Source of the DNA: Centroscyllium fabricii
Taxonomy: Eukaryota
Assembly: GCA_051313645.2 (NCBI GenBank)
Contig: JBNRSN020000358.1
Location: forward strand, 310,001 to 374,000
Direction: 5' to 3'
DNA length: 64,000 nt
Under the pieces are notes generated by a model. That model did not search any database, was not told where the DNA came from, and saw only the letters and a list, made by a program, of their open reading frames with translations. Below, one piece after another: positions 57,801 to 64,000 of the stretch. Each line of letters opens with the position of its first letter. Positions within the stretch are counted from its first letter, which is position 1. Position numbers and translations under genes: made by a program.

Positions 57801-60800
57801 TTCTCTCGCTCTTTTCTCTCGCTCTTTTCTCTCGCTCTTTTCTCGTGCTCCACTCTCGCTCTTTTCTCTCGCTCTTCTCTCGCTCTTTTTCTTTTCTCTC
57901 GTTGCTCCACACTCTTTTCCCTCGCTCTTTTCTCTCGCTCTTTTCTCACGCTCTTTTCTCTCGCTCTTTTCTCTCGCTCTTTTCCCTCGCTCTTTTCTCT
58001 CGCTCTTTTCCCTCGCTCTTTTCTCTCGCTCTTTTCTCTCACTCTTTTCTCTCGCTCCACTGTCGCTCTTTTCTCTCGCTGTTCTCGCTCTCTTTTCTCT
58101 CGCTCTTTAATCTCGCTCTTTTCCCTCGCTCTTTTCACTCGCTCTTTTCTCTCGCTCCACTCTCGCTCTTTTCCCTCGCTCTTTTCTCTCGCTCTTTTCC
58201 CTCGCTCTTTTCCCTCGCTCTTTTCTCTCGCTCTTTTCTCTCGCTCTTTTCTCTCACTCTTTTCTCTCGCTCTTTTCTCGCTCTTTTCTCTCGCTCTTTT
58301 CTCTCGCTCTTTTCTCTAGCTCCACTCTCACTCTTTTCTCTCGCTCTTTTCTCTCGCTCTTTTCTCTCGCTCATTTCTCTCGCTCATTTTTCTCGCTCTT
58401 TTCTCTCGCTCTTTTCTCTCGCTCTTTTCTCTCGCTCTTTCCTCTCGCTCTTTTCTCTCGCTCTTTTCTCTCGCTCTTTTCTCTCGCTCATTTCTCTCGC
58501 TCTTTTCTCTCGCTCTTTTCTCTCGCTCTTTTCTCTCGCTCTTTTCTCTCGCTCTTTTCACTCTCTTATCCCTCGCTCTTTTCTCTCGCTCTTTTCTCTC
58601 GCTCTTTTCTCTCGCTCTTTTCTCACGCTCTTTTCTCTCGCTCTTTTCTCTCGCTCCACTCTCACTCTTTTCTCTCGCTCTTTAATCTCACTCTTTAATC
58701 TCACTCTTTTCTCTCGCTCTTTTCTCTCGCTCTTTCCTCTCGCTCGTCTCTCTCGCTCTTTTCTCTCGCTCTTTCCTCTCGCTCTTTTCTCTCGCTCTTT
58801 TCTCTCGCTCTTTTCTCTCGCTCTTTTCTCTCGCTCTTTTCTCACGCTCTTTTCTCTCGCTCTTTTCTCTCGCTCCACTCTCACTCTTTTCTCTCGCTCT
58901 TTAATCTCACTCTTTAATCTCACTCTTTTCTCTCGCTCTTTTCTCTCACTCTTTCCTCTCGCTCTTTTCTCTCGCTCTTTTCTCTCGCTCTTTCCTCTCG
59001 CTCTTTTCTCTCGCTCTTTCCTCTCGCTCTTTCCTCTCGCTCGTCTCTCTCGCTCTTTTCTCTCGCTCTTTTCTCTCGCTCTTTCCTCTCGCTCTTTCCT
59101 CTCGCTCGTCTCTCTCGCTCTTTTCTCTCGCTCTTTTCTCTCGCTCTTTTCTCTCGCTCTTTTCTCTCGCTCTTTTTTCTCTCTCTTTTCTCGCTCTTTT
59201 CTCTCTCTCTTTTCTCTCGCTCTTTTCTCTCGCTCTTTTCTCTCGCTCTTTTCTCTCGCTCTTTTCTCTCGCTTTTCTCTCTCTCTTTTCTCTCGCTCTT
59301 TTCTCTCGCTTTTCTCTCTCTCTTTTCTCTCGCTCTTTTCTCATGCTCCACTCTCTCTTTTCTCTCGCTCTTTTCTCTCGCTCTTTTCTCATGCTCCACT
59401 CTCTCTTTTCTCTCTCTCTTTTCTCTCGCTCTTTTCTCTCGCTCTTTTCTCACGCTCTTTTCTCTCGCTCTTTTCTCTCGCTCGTTTCTTTCGCTCTTTT
59501 CTCTCTCTCTTTTCTCTCGCTCTTTGCTCTCTCTTTCCTCTCGCTCTTTTCTCTCGCTCTTTTCTCTCTCTCTTTCCTCTCGCTCTTTTCTCCCGCTCTT
59601 TTCTCTCGCTCTTTTCTCTCGCTCTTTTCTCTCGCTCTTTTCTCTCGCTGTTTCTCACTCTTTTCTCTCGCTCTTTTCTCTTGCTCTTTTCTCTCGCTCC
59701 ACTCTCGCTCTTTCCTGTCGCTCTTTAACCTCGCTCTTTTCTCTCGCTCTTTTCTCTCGCTCCACTCTCGCTCTTTCCTGTCGCTCTTTAACCTCGCTCT
59801 TTTCTCTCACTTTTTTCTCTCTCTCTTTTCTCTCGCTCTTTTCTCTCGCTCCACTCTCGCTCTTTTCTCTCGCTCTTTTCTCTCACTCTTTTCTCTCGCT
59901 CTTTTCTCTCGCTCTTTTCTCTCGCTCTTTTCTCTAGCTCCACTCTCACTCTTTTCTCTCGCTCTTTTCTCTCGCTCTTTTCTCTCGCTCATTTCTCTCG
60001 CTCATTTTTCTCGCTCTTTTCTCTCGCTCTTTTCTCTCGCTCTTTTCTCTCGCTCTTTTCTCTCGCTCATTTCTCTCGCTCTTTCCTCTCGCTCTTTTCT
60101 CTCGCTCTTTTCTCTCGCTCATTTCTCTCGCTCTTTTCTCTCGCTCTTTTCTCTCGCTCTTTTCTCTCGCTCTTTTCTCTCTCTTATCCCTCGCTCTTTT
60201 CTCTCGCTCTTTTCTCTCGCTCTTTTCTCTCGCTCTTTTCTCTCGCTCTTTTCTCACGCTCTTTTCTCACGCTCTTTTCTCACGCTCTTTTCTCTCGCTC
60301 CACTCTCACTCTTTTCTCTCGCTCTTTAATCTCACTCTTTAATCTCACTCTTTTCTCTCGCTCTTTTCTCTCGCTCTTTCCTCTCGCTCGTCTCTCTCGC
60401 TCTTTACACTCACTCTTTCCTCTCGCTCTTTTCTCTTGCTCTTTTCTCTCGCTCTTTCCTCTCGCTCTTTTCTCTCGCTCTTTTCTCTCGCTCTTTCCTC
60501 TCGCTCGTCTCTCTCGCTCTTTTCTCTCGCTCTTTTCTCTCGCTCTTTCCTCTCGCTCGTCTCTCTCGCTCTTTTCTCTCGCTCTTTCCTCTCGCTCTTT
60601 TCTCTCGCTCTTTTCTCTCGCTCTTTTCTCTCGCTCTTTTCTCTCGCTCTTTCCTCTCGCTCGTCTCTCTCGCTCTTTTCTCTCGCTCTTTTCTCTCGCT
60701 CTTTTCTCTCGCTCTTTTCTCTCGCTCTTTCCTCTCGCTCTTTTCTCTCGCTCTTTTCTCTCGCTCTTTTCTCTCGCTCTTTACACTCACTCTTTCCTCT

Positions 60801-63800
60801 CGCTCTTTTCTCTCGCTCTTTTTTCTCTCTGCTCTAACTTTTCTCTCGCTCTTTTCTCTCGCTCTTCTTTCTCTCTGCTCTAACTTTTCTCTCGCTCTTT
60901 TCTCTCGCTCTTTTCTCTCGCTCTTTTTTCTCTCTCTTTTCTCTCTTTTCTCGCTCTTTTCTCTCGCTCTTTTCTCTCGCTCTTTTCTCTCTCTCTTTTC
61001 TCTCGCTCTTTTCTCTCGCTCTTTTCTCTCGCTCTTTTCTCTCTCTCTTTTCTCTCGCACTTTTCTCTCTTTTCTCTCGCTCTTTTCTCTCGCTCTTTTC
61101 TCTCGCTCTTTTCTCTCTCTCTTTTCTCTCGCACTTTTCTCTCTTTTCTCTCGCTCTTTTCTCTCGCTCTTTTCTCTCTCTCTTTTCTCTCTCTCTTTTC
61201 TCTCGCTCTTTTCTCTCGCTCTTTTCTCTCTCTCTTTTCTCTCGCACTTTTCTCTTTTCTCTCGCTCTTTTCTCTCGCTCTTTTCTCTCTCTTTTCTCCC
61301 TCTCTTTTCTCTCGCTCTTTTCTCTCGCACTTTTCTCTCTTTTCTCGCTCTTTTCTCTCTCTCTTTTCTCTCGCTCTTTTCTCCCGCTCTTTTCTCTCGC
61401 TCTTTTCTCTCGCTCTTTTCTCGCTCTTTTCTCTCGCTCTTTTCTCCCTCTCTTTTCTCTCGCTCTTTTCTCTCGCTCTTTTCTCTAGCTCCACTCTCAC
61501 TCTTTTCTCTCGCTCTTTTCTCTCGCTCTTTCCTCTCGCTCTTTTCTCTCTCTTATCCCTCGCTCTTTACTCTCGCTCTTTTCTCTCGCTCTTTTCTCTT
61601 GCTCCACACTCTCTTTCCTCTCGCTCTTTTCTCTCTCTTATCCCTCGCTCTTTTCTCTCGCTCTTTCCTCTCGCTCTTTTCTCTCTCTTATCCCTCGCTC
61701 TTCCCTCTCGCTCTTTTCTCTCGCTCTTTTCTCTCTCTCTTTTCTCTCGCTCTTTTCTCGCTCTTTTCTCTCGCTCTTTTCTCTCGCTTTTTTCTCTCTC
61801 TCTTTCCTCTCGCTCTTTTCTCTCGCTCTTTTCCCTCGCTCCGCTCTCGCTCTTTTTCTTTTCTCTCGCCCTTTTCTCTCTCTCTTTTCTCTCGCTCTTT
61901 TCTCTCGCTCTTTTCTCTCGCTCTTTTCTCACGCTCTTTTCTCTCGCTCCACTCTCGCCCTTTTCTCTCTTTTCTCTCGCTCTTTTCTCTCGCTCTTTTC
62001 TCTCGCTCTTTTCTCACGCTCTTTTCTCTCGCTCTTTTCTCTCGCTCATTTCTCTCGCTCATTTTTCTCGCTCTTTTCTCTCTCTTATCCCTCGCTCTTT
62101 TCTCTCGCTCTTTTCTCTCTCTTATCCCTCGCTCTTTTCTCTCGCTCTTTTCTCTCGCTCTTTTCTCTCGCTCTTTTCTCTCGCTCTTTTCTCACGCTCT
62201 TTTCTCACGCTCTTTTCTCTCGCTCTTTTCTCTCGCTCCACTCTCACTCTTTTCTCTCGCTCTTTAATCTCACTCTTTAATCTCACTCTTTTCTCTCGCT
62301 CCACTCTCACTCTTTTCTCTCGCTCTTTAATCTCACTCTTTAATCTCACTCTTTACACTCACTCTTTCCTCTCGCTCTTTTCTCTCGCTGTTTTCTCTCG
62401 CTCTTTCCTCTCGCTCTTTTCTCTCGCTCTTTTCTCTCGCTCTTTCCTCTCGCTCGTCTCTCTCGCTCTTTCCTCTCGCTCGTCTCTCTCGCTCTTTCCT
62501 CTCGCTCTTTTCTCTCGCTCTTTTCTCTCGCTCTTTCGTCTCGCTCTTTTCTCTCGCTCTTTTCTCTCGCTCTTTCCTCTCGCTCGTCTCTCTCGCTCTT
62601 TTTTCTCTCTGCTCTCACTTTTCTCTCGCTCGTCTCTCTCGCTCTTTTCTCTCGCTCTTTTCTCTCGCTCTTTTCTCTCGCTCTTTTCACTCACTCTTTT
62701 CTCTCGCTCTTTAATCTCACTCTTTAATCTCACTCTTTTCTCTCGCTCTTTTCTCTCGCTCTTTCCTCTCGCTCGTCTCTCTCGCTCTTTCCTCTCGCTC
62801 TTTTCTCTCGCTCTTTTCTCTCGCTCTTTTCTCTCGCTCTTTCCTCTCGCTCGTCTCTCTCGCTCTTTTCTCTCGCTCTTTTCACTCGCTCTTTTCTCGC
62901 TCTTTTCTCTCGCTCTTTTCACTCACTCTTTCCTCTCGCTCTTTTCTCTCGCTCTTTTCTCTCGCTCTTTTTTCTCTCTGCTCTCACTTTTCTCTCGCTC
63001 GTCTCTCTCGCTCTTTTCTCTCGCTCGTCTCTCTCGCTCTTTTCTCTCGCTCTTTTCTCTCGCTCTTTTCTCTCCCTTTTCTCTCGCTCTTTTCTCTCGC
63101 TCGTTTCTTTCGCTCTTTTCTCTCTCTCTTTTCTCTCGCTCTTTTCTCTCGCTCTTTGCTCTCTCTTTCCTCTCGCTCTTTTCTCTCGCTCTTTTCTCTC
63201 TCTCTTTCCTCTCGCTCTTTTCTCTCGCTCTTTTCTCTCGCTCTTTTCTCTCGCTCTTTCTCGCTCTTTCCTCCCGCTCTTTAACCTCGCTCTTTTCTCT
63301 CGCTCTTTTCTCTCGCTCTTTTCACTCGCTCTTTTCTCTCGCTCCACTCTCGCTCTTTTCTCTCGCTCTATTATCTCGCTCTTTTCTCTCGCCATTTTCA
63401 CTCGCTCTTTTCTCTCGCTCCACTCTCGCTCTTTTCTCTCGCTCTTTTCTCTCGCTCTTTTCTCTCGCTCTTTTCACTCGCTCTTTTCTCTCGCTCCACT
63501 CTCGCTCTTTTCTCTCGCTCTATTATCTCGCTCTTTTCTCTCGCTCTTTTCTCTCGCTCTTTTCTCTCGCTCTTTTCTCGTGCTCCACTCTCGCTCTTTT
63601 CTCTCGCTCTTCTCTCGCTCTTTTTCTTTTCTCTCGTTGCTCCACACTCTTTTCCCTCGCTCTTTTCTCTCACTCTTTTCTCACGCTCTTTTCTCTCGCT
63701 CTTTTCCCTCGCTCTTTTCTCTCGCTCTTTTCCCTCGCTCTTTTCTCTCGCTCTTTTCTCTCGCTCTTTTCTCTCGCTCCACTGTCGCTCTTTTCTCTCG

Positions 63801-64000
63801 CTGTTCTCGCTCTCTTTTCTCTCGCTCTTTAATCTCGCTCTTTTCCCTCGCTCTTTTCTCTCGCTCCACTCTCGCTCTTTTCCCTCGCTCTTTTCTCTCG
63901 CTCTTTTCCCTCGCTCTTTTCTCTCGCTCTTTTCTCTCGCTCTTTTCTCTCACTCTTTTCTCTCGCTCTTTTCTCGCTCTTTTCTCTCGCTCTTTTCTCT

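Larger units (their letters stand above)
2717..64000. repeat. 13-bp satellite (CTCTCGCTCTTTT)n, >=61.3 kb, single orientation, continues past the window
   Basis: Uninterrupted head-to-tail monomers with substitution and indel variants (commonly 9-15 bp). Three monomers give the 13-aa periodic peptides SLFSLALFSRSFL and REKRAREKSERKE seen across frames. No inversion or foreign insertion was noticed. Confidence 0.99.

Noticed and set aside
2676-63953. Hundreds of long S/L/F-rich and R/E/K-rich ORFs as real genes (membrane, coiled-coil or SR-like proteins)
   Set aside because: The same peptide appears in all three frames of a strand, frequent non-triplet indels shift the frames, many starts are TTG/GTG, and there is no unique domain. 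They are a by-product of the 13-bp repeat.
2717-64000. CRISPR array or repeat-spacer system
   Set aside because: There are no unique spacers, only mutated monomers. No cas genes are present and the context is eukaryotic retroelement DNA.
2717-64000. Telomeric repeat, CENP-B box or G-quadruplex array
   Set aside because: No TTAGGG/CCCTAA runs and no TTCG-N4-A-N2-CGGG box were seen. G-runs on the purine strand are sparse (occasional GGG) and too far apart.
2717-64000. Whole array as a sequencing artefact
   Set aside because: Complex variant patterns are reproduced faithfully over many kb at multiple offsets, which random error would not generate. Copy number of the large blocks still needs read-level validation.

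Overview
Eukaryotic repeat DNA with no intact protein-coding gene. A vertebrate source is plausible but is only an inference. Bases 1-2716 are the decayed 3' end of a Ty3/Gypsy LTR retrotransposon (integrase, polypurine tract, 195-bp 3' LTR). It has been hit by three separate events: an ~800-bp non-autonomous TIR element (9-808, AAT target duplication), a 96-bp inverted templated insertion right after the integrase catalytic Glu (1384-1479), and a 276-bp antisense solo LTR with a TGATC target duplication (2058-2333). The last base of the LTR directly abuts a >=61-kb satellite of the 13-mer CTCTCGCTCTTTT (about 4,700 monomer-lengths, running off the window end). The satellite has a near-total pyrimidine/purine strand split and one CpG per monomer. 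Variant monomers reveal layered duplications of 87 bp, 139 bp, 372 bp, 2.47 kb, ~3.5 kb, ~4.0 kb, ~4.66 kb and a near-identical ~18.5-kb tandem block. The ORFs after ~2.7 kb are best explained as translation artefacts of the repeat. I found no new protein-based system. The best candidates for novelty are the satellite with its higher-order organisation and the nested transposon island at its edge.
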